From Nitrospirota bacterium (lineage in GTDB: Bacteria > Nitrospirota > Thermodesulfovibrionia > Thermodesulfovibrionales > UBA9159), in the NCBI GenBank assembly GCA_963699545.1, contig CAVOUE010000004.1:32001-96000 (forward strand): a DNA stretch of 64,000 nucleotides. Direction: 5' to 3'. Every line of letters begins with the position of its first letter. Within the stretch, counting starts at the first letter, position 1. A model generated the notes under the pieces. That model saw only the letters and a list, made by a program, of their open reading frames with translations, was not told where the DNA came from and did not search any database. The translations under genes and the position numbers were made by a program. Shown here one piece after another: positions 40,059 through 49,963 of the stretch.

Positions 40059-40111
40059 ACAAGCATAGTCATAACTATCTTGATAGAATCTCAGAAAAAG
40101 GGAGGATGGTA

Positions 40112-41437
40112 ATGAAGAAGAAAGAAATGAGCGTAGTAATGATGTGCGTCGTTGCCCTGATTATCTCAGTTTCTTTGCCATGCGTCGCACATGCCGCCAT
40201 GGTAGCTACGGATAATCCGTTATATGCGCCGGGAGAGAGCATCAATATTATCGGTGTTGGTTGGCAACCGTTCGAGTTTGTCTCGTTGGTATTATACGAT
40301 AGCAGCGATCTTGTTAATCCATACTCCATATTAAGTAATGCTCAAGCAGACGATAACGGCACCTTTTTTGTCGTTCCCGCGTATGTTGCACAAGCGGGAG
40401 ATGAAGGCAGGGCGTTTACCCTGAAGGCAACAGGACAGTCTTCCGGTTTCTTGGCCCAGGCGACGTTTGATGACGCCCCGCATCTGCATTTTTTTGAGGA
40501 CGCCTCACAGAACATACCCCGTGACGCGTTTGCCTGGGGCAGAACGGTGTATGCTCGGGCCGATGACTTATTCACGAGCCCGATGAGGCCGTGCTGGCAG
40601 GTCGTGTGGAGAGACCCTTATAATAACGTAGTTGAAACACACAACCTCGATGCCTCGTTATCAAACAACCGGAACGATTCTTTTGTTATCCCTGCCTGGG
40701 GTCCGAGCGGGGTCTGGAAGGCTGAACTATACAGGCCGTCAAATGCAAATGCTTGCGGAAGCGTCCCATCGTTTAGCCTGCGGAGCACTTTAACTTTTGA
40801 CGTGGCCCGGATCGTCATCATCGGCGCACACGATTCGTACATTACCAGTCATTCTCCTGATTTTAATTCAAACTCCAGCCTTCTTTCCAGGTACCTCCTG
40901 GATGTCAATAACGATTCTAACGATACCGAGAAGACGTTTTTGCGTTTCAATCTTGCGCCCCTGGGGAACGTCTTCTCTGCAAAGGTTCGCATGCGTCTCC
41001 TTATACCGCCCGTCCTTTTTGGCTCGCCACGCACGTATAATATCAATCGTGTGACCGGTCCGTGGGATGTCAATACCATCACCTGGAACAACCAGCCGGG
41101 CGTTGCTAATCCTTTTACGGATCAGCAGTCGATACCAACTGGTCTTTCCGCTTTCAACAGTTATGTACGCTGGGATGTAACATCTGACGTGGTGGGGACT
41201 ACCCAGGAGTTCGTCCATCATGGCTGGCGGGTCGTCGACTCACAGGGGCAAGATCCCGAAGGCATTTTCTATTCAACCGAGTCGAATACGTTATTGGGCG
41301 GCAAGATCTACGGGCCGGTGCTGTTGTTGGACGCAGTATTAGACGTTCCGACTATGACAGAATGGGGCATGATTATTTTTGTGATCCTTGCGGGCCTCGG
41401 GTCTGTTCTTTACCTGAGGAGGCAGAGGAGAGTTTAG
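40112..41437 (+). CDS. Secreted DNRLRE/CBM96-like protein with IPTL-CTERM sorting signal
   Basis: Signal peptide; DSYI..., FLRFNL, ITWNNQP, WDVT; C-terminus VPTMTEWGMIIF...LRRQRR. Confidence 0.85.
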   Translation: MKKKEMSVVMMCVVALIISVSLPCVAHAAMVATDNPLYAPGESINIIGVGWQPFEFVSLVLYDSSDLVNPYSILSNAQADDNGTFFVVPAYVAQAGDEGRAFTLKATGQSSGFLAQATFDDAPHLHFFEDASQNIPRDAFAWGRTVYARADDLFTSPMRPCWQVVWRDPYNNVVETHNLDASLSNNRNDSFVIPAWGPSGVWKAELYRPSNANACGSVPSFSLRSTLTFDVARIVIIGAHDSYITSHSPDFNSNSSLLSRYLLDVNNDSNDTEKTFLRFNLAPLGNVFSAKVRMRLLIPPVLFGSPRTYNINRVTGPWDVNTITWNNQPGVANPFTDQQSIPTGLSAFNSYVRWDVTSDVVGTTQEFVHHGWRVVDSQGQDPEGIFYSTESNTLLGGKIYGPVLLLDAVLDVPTMTEWGMIIFVILAGLGSVLYLRRQRRV

Positions 41438-41454
41438 GTTTCGCGGCATAGGCG

Positions 41455-41492
41455 AACAAAACGGGCAGGGTGCATCCCCTGCCCGTTTTGTT
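41455..41492 (+). terminator. Intrinsic terminator
   Basis: AACAAAACGGGCAGGG...CCCTGCCCGTTTTGTT. Confidence 0.8.
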
Positions 41493-41551
41493 TGTGAGGG
41501 AGAAGGTCGGGACGTGACAGAAACAATAACCGTGGTTTATGATAAAGGGAG

Positions 41552-42118
41552 ATGGCATCTGAGAGAGACAAAAAGATAAAGGGGGATCAAAGCAGGAAAG
41601 AGAAGAGCTCGGGGGGCATCAGCATCCGTCGTTTTGTCATCACGTACTTCGTACTGATGAGTGTCTTTTTCCTTCTCACCTGGTTTAAACCTCTCTATGC
41701 GATCATAGATCTAAACGGGTTGTACACCCAATCCGTCGTTATAGTGACCTCAAAGGTAGTGGGTCTCCTGGGGATACCCTGCGCGTACCATGGCTCTGTC
41801 ATATTGCTTCCGGATCTGTCTCTCGACGTGAAGTTTGGGTGCAACGGGCTCGAGGCAGTAATGATGTATGCCACTGCAGTACTGGCGTATCCCGCACAGT
41901 GGAAGAAGAAGATCATCGGGATAACAGCCGGGTTTATAGTCCTCCAAACAACAAACATCATGAGAATTGTACTGCTCGTCTATGCGGGTATCCATATGAG
42001 GGGTCTTTTTGAGTATATGCATATTTATGTCGCACAGGGCATAATGATCGTACTGGCTCTCGGCGTCTTCTTCATCTATCTAAACTATGCGAAAGCTATT
42101 AAAGAAATTCATTCCTGA
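41552..42118 (+). CDS. xrtH: Exosortase H-like (IPTL-CTERM-specific) transpeptidase
   Basis: GCNGLEA (Cys), NIMRI (Arg), H in YMHIY; adjacent IPTL-CTERM target. Confidence 0.8.
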   Translation: MASERDKKIKGDQSRKEKSSGGISIRRFVITYFVLMSVFFLLTWFKPLYAIIDLNGLYTQSVVIVTSKVVGLLGIPCAYHGSVILLPDLSLDVKFGCNGLEAVMMYATAVLAYPAQWKKKIIGITAGFIVLQTTNIMRIVLLVYAGIHMRGLFEYMHIYVAQGIMIVLALGVFFIYLNYAKAIKEIHS

Positions 42119-42665
42119 GTCTCTAGTCCTCAGAGCGATCCTCATCTTTTTTTTGGCCTATGTGCCGCTCGTCATCCTCTGGATACAGGTGAAAGGCCCC
42201 TATGAGTACCTTATCACCTTTGTAGCATCGAAAGGTGTTGCAGGGGTAAAAGACGCGAAATTAGAAAATATCATGTCGGAAGGGAACGGTGTCAGGACGT
42301 GGTTCAAATACCGCGGGGAGGGAAAGAGAGGGAGGGCCATCGTTGCGCAAAGCAAGGTATCGATCAACACTTCCAACGTCCCTTTGACCCTGTCCCTTCT
42401 TGCCTCGCTTTCTCTTTTTCTGACGAGAAGGGCGAGGGCCTGTGCAGAGGCCCTTCTCATGCTCCTCTTCCTTCATCTCCTCTATGTCTTTTCCTTTGAG
42501 ATGCTGCAATTGACCACTGTGTTCATGACCGCGGGAATCGAAGAGGTAGGTCAGATCCGAATATCCCTCTATCAGTTCTTGTCGGGCTTAACAGACTACG
42601 CTTCCATGAGTTTCGCTCCTTTCCTGATTCTGATCTATGTGTTTATGAGATTCAGGAGACCGTGA
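42087..42665 (+). CDS. Exosortase H-associated membrane protein
   Basis: Overlaps the exosortase gene; multi-TM; NVPL..SL.LA. Confidence 0.6.
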   Translation: MRKLLKKFIPESLVLRAILIFFLAYVPLVILWIQVKGPYEYLITFVASKGVAGVKDAKLENIMSEGNGVRTWFKYRGEGKRGRAIVAQSKVSINTSNVPLTLSLLASLSLFLTRRARACAEALLMLLFLHLLYVFSFEMLQLTTVFMTAGIEEVGQIRISLYQFLSGLTDYASMSFAPFLILIYVFMRFRRP

Positions 42666-42756
42666 ATTGATTATTTTCAGACATCGAAAGCCCCATCCCG
42701 TAAGGAATAATGAGGAGAACAAAGTCACCCGCCGGGTCAGAAGAGGGTTTCAGGGT

Positions 42757-43449
42757 TTATGAAAATACCTTGAAGAGGATAAAGGTGAGGAGAGCACCCA
42801 TCATGCCCCCCATGATGACCTCCCACGGGGTATGGATCCTCGATGTGACCCTGCTTGCCGCGATGAATGCCGCCAGGATAAAACAGAGGGCCGATGCGAA
42901 AAGACTGCCGGTGGTGTAAACAACGACGACCCAGATGGAGAAGGCGAGGGCTGAGTGGCCGCTGGGTATCCCTCCCCGCAGCGGGGTTCCTTTTCCGAAG
43001 TAGGCCTTGGCCACTACAACAAGGATCAGCACGAGGGTGACCGCTATAACGGAGATCTCTTCCGGCGAGTGCCTTGCGATATGGAATCCCCTTTGGATCC
43101 CATCGCGGATATAGGGGAAAAGGATGATGTATCCTATGACGGCTGCGCCGAAGGCTGTGGTAAGAACCGCACCCGCAGCGACATCCTTTATTATCTTCGC
43201 CTTCTCGCTGTGCCCGGGAGAAACCATATCCACCATGGCTTCTATGGCCGTGTTCATGAGCTCGGCAAGCAAGACCACAATAACGGTAAGGGCTATGATG
43301 AGAAAGTCATTTCGGGACACGCCGAGCGCGTAACTCAGGATCAGGACAAACGCTGCTGAGTAGAGGTGATACCTTATGTGCCGCTGGGTCTTGGTCCCGT
43401 GGAGAATTCCTTCGATGGCAAAATTGGTGCTCTTAATCCATCGTCTCAA
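42757..43449 (-). CDS. dgkA: Diacylglycerol/undecaprenol kinase fused to PAP2 domain
   Basis: ELMNTAIE..VD, KDVAAGAV, PSGHS, SR...IH. Confidence 0.88.
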   Translation of the reverse strand: MRRWIKSTNFAIEGILHGTKTQRHIRYHLYSAAFVLILSYALGVSRNDFLIIALTVIVVLLAELMNTAIEAMVDMVSPGHSEKAKIIKDVAAGAVLTTAFGAAVIGYIILFPYIRDGIQRGFHIARHSPEEISVIAVTLVLILVVVAKAYFGKGTPLRGGIPSGHSALAFSIWVVVVYTTGSLFASALCFILAAFIAASRVTSRIHTPWEVIMGGMMGALLTFILFKVFS

Positions 43450-43885
43450 GGGTATCCCTCAGCGTTTTTTCCATCTGTCTCATCCTCTTTGCCTGGTAAC
43501 GGGTTCTCTCGTGGTCGTAGCCAAGGAGATGGAGGAACCCGTGGATGAGGAGCCTTCTCATCTCTTCACTGAGGCTGACGCCGTATCCGACCGCCTGTCT
43601 CTGTGCAGCATGAGGATTGATCACGAGATCCCCCAGTAGGAACTCAGAGTCGGCAGGCATCTCCTTCTTGCTGTGATACAGAGGAAAAGAGAGAACATCA
43701 GTGGTCCTGTCTGCGTTCCGGTGGATGCGGTTAAGGTCTTTCATCCGCCTGTCGTTGACGACGAGAATCCCGAGTTCTGCCTTGTCAAGGTTGAACGATG
43801 CGAGGAGTTTGAGGGAGTCCTTTTTTATTTTCCTGGGATTTATCCTTATGAGGCTTTGATGGTTCTTTATGATGACCTTCATCAA
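43433..43885 (-). CDS. ybeY: rRNA maturation endoribonuclease
   Basis: TDVLSFP, HGFLHLLGYDH. Confidence 0.95.
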   Translation of the reverse strand: MMKVIIKNHQSLIRINPRKIKKDSLKLLASFNLDKAELGILVVNDRRMKDLNRIHRNADRTTDVLSFPLYHSKKEMPADSEFLLGDLVINPHAAQRQAVGYGVSLSEEMRRLLIHGFLHLLGYDHERTRYQAKRMRQMEKTLRDTLETMD

Positions 43886-45376
43886 CGTTCAGGGCATGCT
43901 GCAGTTCCGCCGCAATCCCCCTTTCACCGTCCTTTGATCCTTTCTTTGTTCCCTCGCCGAAATCAAAACCCGGATAATCTACCCTCTTGTGAAGATGCCG
44001 GTGAGTATATACGAAAAATGGGTTTTTATCTCGGATATGTCCTTGAGGGTCAGTTCGCACTCGTCGAGCTGGCCTTCAAGGAATATGTGGTTGATTATCT
44101 TGTCCACAAGGGCAGCGATCCGCGCCGGAGTAGGGTCGTTGAGGACCCTTGAGGAGGCCTCTACAGCATCCGCCATCATAACAAGCGCTGCCACCCGGGT
44201 CTGCGGTTTCGGACCGGGATATTTGTATTCATCCATCTGACGGATGATTTCCCGCGTCCAGGTCCTTTGCCTTCTGGTAGAAATAGGTGATCAGCGCATC
44301 GTCCGTGGTGCTGCTGATGATGTCGATGATCGACTGCGGCAGCTTGTATGTGCTGACCAGTTCAACCCCTTCCTTTACATGGGTTATGATGATCATGCTG
44401 CTCATGTGCGGTGTCAGTTTGTCGTGCTTGCTCGGCCATTGCCCGGGTTCTCCACGAAATATTCCGGCATCTTTATCTTGCCGATGTCATGGTAGTAGGA
44501 GCTGACCCTTGCAAGCAGGGGGTTTACACCGACCGCCTCTGCAGCCGACTCCACCAGATTGCCGACAATGACGCTGTGATGGTAGGTGCCGGGCGCTGTT
44601 ATCATCAGGGTCTTCATGAGCGGCTGGTTGAGGTCCAGAAGTTCAAGAAGGCTTATGTCTGTGGTGATCTTGAAGGCATATTCAAGGAGCGGCAGCAGCA
44701 TCGAGACGATCGCAGAGACGCTGATGCTCCGGAGATCGCAAAGACGAGTGTGGACGCAGCCTTTCCGGTGAAGAGATCTCCCTGAAAAAGCAGGAGAATC
44801 AGCACGAGGTATTATGTTGGCTCCGATGACATAGAGTCCGCCCTCAGAGCAGGGCAGACCGCTTCTTGCACCGGATAACGCTGAATGCCGCGGTGAGGCT
44901 GCCTGCGAAGGTATAGACCGGATAGAGCGGATCGTTCAGCCATAGACCGGAAAGGAAACTTATGGTAAAGGAGAAGATGATGGCTGTATGGAAGTCAAAC
45001 AGCAGGGTCACGAACATCGCTCCTGCCGCTATGGGAATTCCGTAAACTGCATCTTCAACACAGGAGAACGAACCCTTTCGAGAGGTTGAGAAGCACATAA
45101 TCGGAGATCCTGCCGTTATGATTGTCCTGATGATCATGAGGCCGAGGAGTACGAGCATGTTGTAGTTGTTCATATACAGGGGCTTGTAGCGCATGATGTC
45201 CCTGTAGAGGATGACAAGGAGCAAAGGAGATCAGGACCCCGCCCACGAGGGATTCACCGTTTACCCTGTTCTGTATTGCGCAGAGGTCAGCAGCGAGAGG
45301 ACGATGAGGAGACCGTACTTTCTTGCCGCTGTAATCTCACTCTGCGGTTTTTGGATTATCTGTACTCGTTTTTCAT
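43785..45376 (-). CDS. 7TM-HDIG phosphohydrolase (PgpH-like), multiple frameshifts; ends approximate
   Basis: [28 protein letters not shown] across several frames. Confidence 0.85.
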
Positions 45377-46315
45377 ATTTTTCATATGCCTTGACAATCT
45401 CCTGTACCAGTTTGTGCCTTACCACATCCTTCTCGGAGAAAAAGATAAACTTGATCCCCTCAATTCCCTCGAGGATCCCTTTATTTCCACAAGACCCGAT
45501 GTCCTTCCCGGGGGCAGGTCGATCTGGGTCGTATCGCCGGTTATCACGGTCTTTGAGTTGAATCCCAGCCTTGTGAGGTACATCTTCATCTGCTCCAAGG
45601 TGGTGTTCTGGGCCTCATCGAGAATGATGAAGGAATCGTTGAGGGTCCTTCCCCTCATGAAGGCAAGGGGCGCTATTTCTATGACCCCGCGTTCTATGAG
45701 CTTTGCTCACCTTTTCAGGCTCCATCATGTCAAAAAGCGCGTCATAGAGGGGCCTGAGATAAGGGTTTATTTTTTCGTAGATATCTCCGGGCAGAAAGCC
45801 CAGTTTTTCTCCCGCCTCCATGGCAGGACGCGCAAGGACGATCCTGCTGATTTCTTTTTTCAGAAAGGCGTTGATCGCCATGGCCATGGCAAGATAGGTC
45901 TTTCCTGTTCCTGCAGGGCCAATACCGATCACGATATCGTGGATCTTTATGCCTCGATATACTGTTTCTGGATCTCTGTTTTCGGAATAATGAACCGTTT
46001 TTTTGAGGATACGGGTATGTGGTTCGTGAGAAGGTCTCTCAGGGACCCTTCGCCCCCCTTGGAGATGGCCCTTACCGCAAAACGGATGTCTTCCGGATTG
46101 AGCAGGTAGCCCTCTTCACTCAATGAGCGCAACTCGTTAATGAGATTCTCCGCCTTATGGGCTGCGGGTTCATCGCCCTGGATGAAGATCCTGCTGCCCC
46201 TGGCGCTTATCGTAACACCGAGGGACTCTTCGATAAGTTTGAGATTCCTGGTGAGACTGCCGTGAAGGAGGGGAAGTTCCTTCTCGGCGTCAAGATCTAT
46301 CTGTGTGGTAACCGT
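45356..46315 (-). CDS. phoH: PhoH-like ATPase, multiple frameshifts; ends approximate
   Basis: [44 protein letters not shown]. Confidence 0.9.
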
Positions 46316-46327
46316 AGTCGCTCCTTC

Positions 46328-47107
46328 TTATTTCTTGACCAAGGAAAAGGCATTCAGGCCATCTGTGTTCTTCAGTTCGAGCGCGAACGCCGCTGCCTCT
46401 TTCTTATTTTCGAATTCACCGGTTCTCACTTTAAAAAAAACCACACCTCCGGCATTCGCCTCTTTCGTTACTGATGTCTTATACTTCTTTGCTTCAAGTT
46501 TCCGTTTCAGTGTCTCCGCATCTTCCCGATTCTTGAAGGCCCCGGCCTGCACCGTATACACGACGTTATCGGCGGATGAACCTCCAGACCCCGACATAGC
46601 CGTGGAGCCCTCGGCTGGGGACGATCTCGCCGCTGCCTGGTCTTCCGGTCCGGCAGTCCGGGAAACAGCTGTCCGGGCCGGGAGTCTCTTCTCACCGGCA
46701 GATGCTTTCACGTCAGACACTGATGGTGTCTGTCTCGCGGATATTCCCGCTCTCCTCTTGTCAGGCGTTTCCGCCCTGGAGGGAGATTTCTGAAGGGGTG
46801 AGGGTGTGATGTCAGGCTGCTTATTTTCCGGCAACGGGCTCTGTACGACGGAAAGGGGTGCTGATAATCCCTCACCCGCGGGATTTGCTCCCGGAACGGG
46901 CGCTGGAGGAGTACCTTCTCCCTCATTCAGCTGCTGTTTCACTGAAGAGGTCGTGGAAGGGGACGATACGCTCTTGCCTACAAAATATCCCAGGGTGAAG
47001 CCCCCGGTTGTAGCGGTTACCACCAGAATACTGAGGAACACCTTTCCGGAGAGAGCGTGACTCAACCGCGATGCCCTTTCATCATAAAATAAGCATAGCA
47101 TCTCCAT
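46328..47107 (-). CDS. SPOR domain protein
   Basis: TM anchor, low-complexity linker, YTVQAGAF...FKVRTG.F. Confidence 0.85.
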   Translation of the reverse strand: MEMLCLFYDERASRLSHALSGKVFLSILVVTATTGGFTLGYFVGKSVSSPSTTSSVKQQLNEGEGTPPAPVPGANPAGEGLSAPLSVVQSPLPENKQPDITPSPLQKSPSRAETPDKRRAGISARQTPSVSDVKASAGEKRLPARTAVSRTAGPEDQAAARSSPAEGSTAMSGSGGSSADNVVYTVQAGAFKNREDAETLKRKLEAKKYKTSVTKEANAGGVVFFKVRTGEFENKKEAAAFALELKNTDGLNAFSLVKK

Positions 47108-48194
47108 AGGAGAAAAATCTATATTCCATGCTCACGGCTGACCGGTAGGCATTGAGGAGATTTCCCGCTCCTGAAAAGGCTGAAGTGAGCATGAGGGGGG
47201 TCGATCCGGGGAGATGGAAATTCGTTATGAGGGAATCGATCACCTTGAAGGGAAAACCGGGATAGATAAAGACGTCCGTCTTCCCCCTGAAGGAACCATT
47301 CTGAGAGTTCGGGGTTCGGAGTTCAGTGGCCTCGGGCGACTCGCCGGGGCGAGAGTTCGGAGTCGGGTGCATTTGTTTGCTCTCTGAAGTTGATTTATCA
47401 CAGCCTTCATATCTTCCGCTGACAAATCCTTCGATGGCCCTGGTCGTTGTCGTCCCGACCGAGACCACCCTTCTGCCCGATGCCTTAACTTCCCTGATCG
47501 TTTCCGGAAGGTCATGGTCAATTTCGAAGGATTCCGCGTCCATGTGGTGTTCGTTGGGATTTTCGACGCGAATGGGCCTGAATGTGCCGGTCCCTATGTG
47601 GAGGGTGAGAGACCTGACGAGTACCCCTTTTTCCTCAAGCGTCGACAACAGTTCACGTGAAAAGTGAAGACCGGCAGTGGGGGCGGCAATGGAGCCTTCC
47701 CTGGAAGCGTAAACCGTTTGATACCATTCCCTGTCCCTTTCCTCCGGGTCTCTCCTGATGTAGGGGGGAAGAGGCATTGATCCCAGGTTCCACAGGACTT
47801 CTCTGAAATTGCTTGCGTGCCCTGCAGGGGAGTGAAGTCTCAGGGACTTCCCCTCGAACATCTCTCCGGAAAACCCCCCGGCCACCTGTATTTCTCCCGT
47901 GTATCTCTCCCTGGTGAGCACTTCCCAGACGTCGGGTCCGGCCTCCCTGACAAGGAGCAGCTCCATTTTTCCCCCCGTCTTTTTTTCCCCCGTCAATCGT
48001 GCGGGGAACACCTTTGTGTCATTCAGGAGCAAAAGGTCCCCTTTGTGAAGGTAGTAAGGGAGGTGGAAGAATCTTCTGTGCTCTATGGAGCCATCCCGCT
48101 GGAGCACAAGAAGTCTGCAGCTGTCCCGGGGCGTTGCCGGTCTTTTTGCTATGAGCGACTCGGGGAGATGGAAGTCGAAATCAGTTGCCTTCAT
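47082..48194 (-). CDS. queA: S-adenosylmethionine:tRNA ribosyltransferase-isomerase
   Basis: PLPPYI, YQTVYA, AAPTAGLHF, TNFHLP, FFSYGDAM. Confidence 0.96.
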   Translation of the reverse strand: MKATDFDFHLPESLIAKRPATPRDSCRLLVLQRDGSIEHRRFFHLPYYLHKGDLLLLNDTKVFPARLTGEKKTGGKMELLLVREAGPDVWEVLTRERYTGEIQVAGGFSGEMFEGKSLRLHSPAGHASNFREVLWNLGSMPLPPYIRRDPEERDREWYQTVYASREGSIAAPTAGLHFSRELLSTLEEKGVLVRSLTLHIGTGTFRPIRVENPNEHHMDAESFEIDHDLPETIREVKASGRRVVSVGTTTTRAIEGFVSGRYEGCDKSTSESKQMHPTPNSRPGESPEATELRTPNSQNGSFRGKTDVFIYPGFPFKVIDSLITNFHLPGSTPLMLTSAFSGAGNLLNAYRSAVSMEYRFFSYGDAMLIL

Positions 48195-49170
48195 AGAGCT
48201 GAATCTCTGTCCCGGGATAGAAAAAAGAGAGGATCTCCCTGTAGTTCTTTCCCTCTCTTGCCATCTGAAGGGCGCTCCACTGGCAGAGTCCGACCCCGTG
48301 TCCGTATCCTTTGCCTTCGAAGGTGACCGAGGTTCCGTTCACCTTCACGCTGAAGTTGGTGCTTGGCAACCTTGACCAGCCGAGAAGCTTTCTGAACTCA
48401 GTAGCCTTAAGCACAGTCTGCTCGGACTCCATCTCAACGAGGATCTCCTTTGCCCTCCCCGTGGACGTGTAAGAATGGATGGTCACGCCTTTTATGCCTT
48501 TTATGTTGAGGGCTTTTTCGATCTCCTCTTTCGGAATCTTTCGTTCCCACACCCAGTAAGGGGACAGTTCGCAGTTAGACTCCACGGACGTAAGATACGG
48601 GTAGCTCTTTCCGAACACCTCTTCAGCGTTTTCTGTCCTGCCGCCGCTCGTCGAATGGTACAGGGCCTCTATCGGCTTCCCTTCATACATGAGGATCTCT
48701 CCGGCCGTCTCTCTCGCCGCATACGAGATCTGTATCGGTGGGCTGCTGCCTTTATATACCTGGTGCAGGACAGAGGACGTGAGGTCGTACCGGGGATTTC
48801 CGCTGGTGAGTTTCTTGTAGACCGCGTAGGTGCGCGAAATGACCGCCTGGGCCTTGAGGGCTTCAATATCCCAGTTTGCACCGATCTCCGAGGCGACCAC
48901 ATTCTCCACGTATTCCTCCAGAGAGAGTTCATTGATGAGGTAAAGCCCTTTCTCTCCCCTCCAGACCTCGATGGTGCCGCTGTAATGTGTGCCGTTCACG
49001 AGGAGGTCACCCGCCGAACGTCCCATCATCACCAGTTTTTCTTCCTTGTCGGGGACGGTGTAGTTATCTTCGAGAATGAGGACTTTTATTTTCGAGCCAG
49101 GCGCCGAATAGGCCGCTGAAGGTATAACGATCATAAGAAGAGCGAGGTAAGCAAAACGCTTCCACATCAT
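48181..49170 (-). CDS. SpoIID/LytB domain protein
   Basis: EALKAQAV..RTY, QVY.G, G.GHGVGLCQ. Confidence 0.92.
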   Translation of the reverse strand: MMWKRFAYLALLMIVIPSAAYSAPGSKIKVLILEDNYTVPDKEEKLVMMGRSAGDLLVNGTHYSGTIEVWRGEKGLYLINELSLEEYVENVVASEIGANWDIEALKAQAVISRTYAVYKKLTSGNPRYDLTSSVLHQVYKGSSPPIQISYAARETAGEILMYEGKPIEALYHSTSGGRTENAEEVFGKSYPYLTSVESNCELSPYWVWERKIPKEEIEKALNIKGIKGVTIHSYTSTGRAKEILVEMESEQTVLKATEFRKLLGWSRLPSTNFSVKVNGTSVTFEGKGYGHGVGLCQWSALQMAREGKNYREILSFFYPGTEIQLYEGN

Positions 49171-49173
49171 TCT

Positions 49174-49404
49174 TTATTTCCTCCCTAAGAGCCAAAGGAC
49201 GAAGGTAATGACAAGGCTGAGGAGTATGCTCGTAGCCAGAGGAAAATAGAAGGTGAAGTTTTTCCTCTGAATCACAATGTCCCCGGGAAGTCTTCCGATC
49301 CACGGGACCCTCCCCGAAAGAAGCACAAGCCCGCCCACCACGGCGATGATGATCCCTGTGATGATAAGGAATCTCCCGATCTGCTGGAGAGCGTCACCCA
49401 TCAT
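49174..49404 (-). CDS. DUF2905 membrane protein
   Basis: GRLPGDI...FYFPLATSILLS. Confidence 0.9.
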   Translation of the reverse strand: MMGDALQQIGRFLIITGIIIAVVGGLVLLSGRVPWIGRLPGDIVIQRKNFTFYFPLATSILLSLVITFVLWLLGRK

Positions 49405-49956
49405 TTACGTCCGCGGTGCAGAAGGACAGGAGTTCTCTGTTCCTTCGCCTTCTGAAAATATGCACCCGCAGTATCTCTGTCTGTAAAGGCCGAGTTCTCT
49501 CGATACCCCGATATTTCCTCTGTAGCCCACCCTGAAGTCTTCCTCGTAAAAGGGAATGGAGTGCCGTTTTCCCATTTCCCTCCCGACAGCGAGGATACCT
49601 TCGAAGTTCTGGTAGGGGCTGACGAGAAGGGATGTCGTGAACCCGTCGAGGTTCATCTTTCGTGCGGTCCTGGCCGTTTCCTCCAGGCGCAGGGCATAGC
49701 ACCGCAGGCAGCGGCCCTCATCCGGATTTCCCACCTTCCTCATGAAATCATCTATTCCGTAGTGATCCGTGTACTCCACATCCAGGTTCCAGATCTCCTG
49801 GAGCTTCCGGAGGGAGTCGAGACGGAGCTGATATTCAGGATAGGGGTGTATGTTCGGGTTAAACCAGAGACCCTTTGCTTCTATCCCTTTTGTGAGAAAG
49901 TTCTTCAGCGGATAGAGACTGCAGTTGGAACAGCAGATGTGCATCAGGAGTTTCAC
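49405..49956 (-). CDS. queH: Epoxyqueuosine reductase
   Basis: HICC..C, NPNIHP, RC..CY..RL, YRQ.YCGC.FS. Confidence 0.92.
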   Translation of the reverse strand: MKLLMHICCSNCSLYPLKNFLTKGIEAKGLWFNPNIHPYPEYQLRLDSLRKLQEIWNLDVEYTDHYGIDDFMRKVGNPDEGRCLRCYALRLEETARTARKMNLDGFTTSLLVSPYQNFEGILAVGREMGKRHSIPFYEEDFRVGYRGNIGVSRELGLYRQRYCGCIFSEGEGTENSCPSAPRT

Positions 49957-49963
49957 GGTCTGC

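Noticed and set aside
39917-40111. N-terminal extension of the 506-aa ORF
   Set aside because: It overlaps the promoter, riboswitch and terminator; the real start is ATG 40112 after GGAGG.
14444-46315. Frameshifts in argH, uppP, tupA3, modE, HD hydrolase and phoH as pseudogenes or programmed recoding
   Set aside because: Numerous small indels in unrelated housekeeping genes with otherwise intact motifs, densest at 43.8-46.3 kb; most simply explained as assembly errors.
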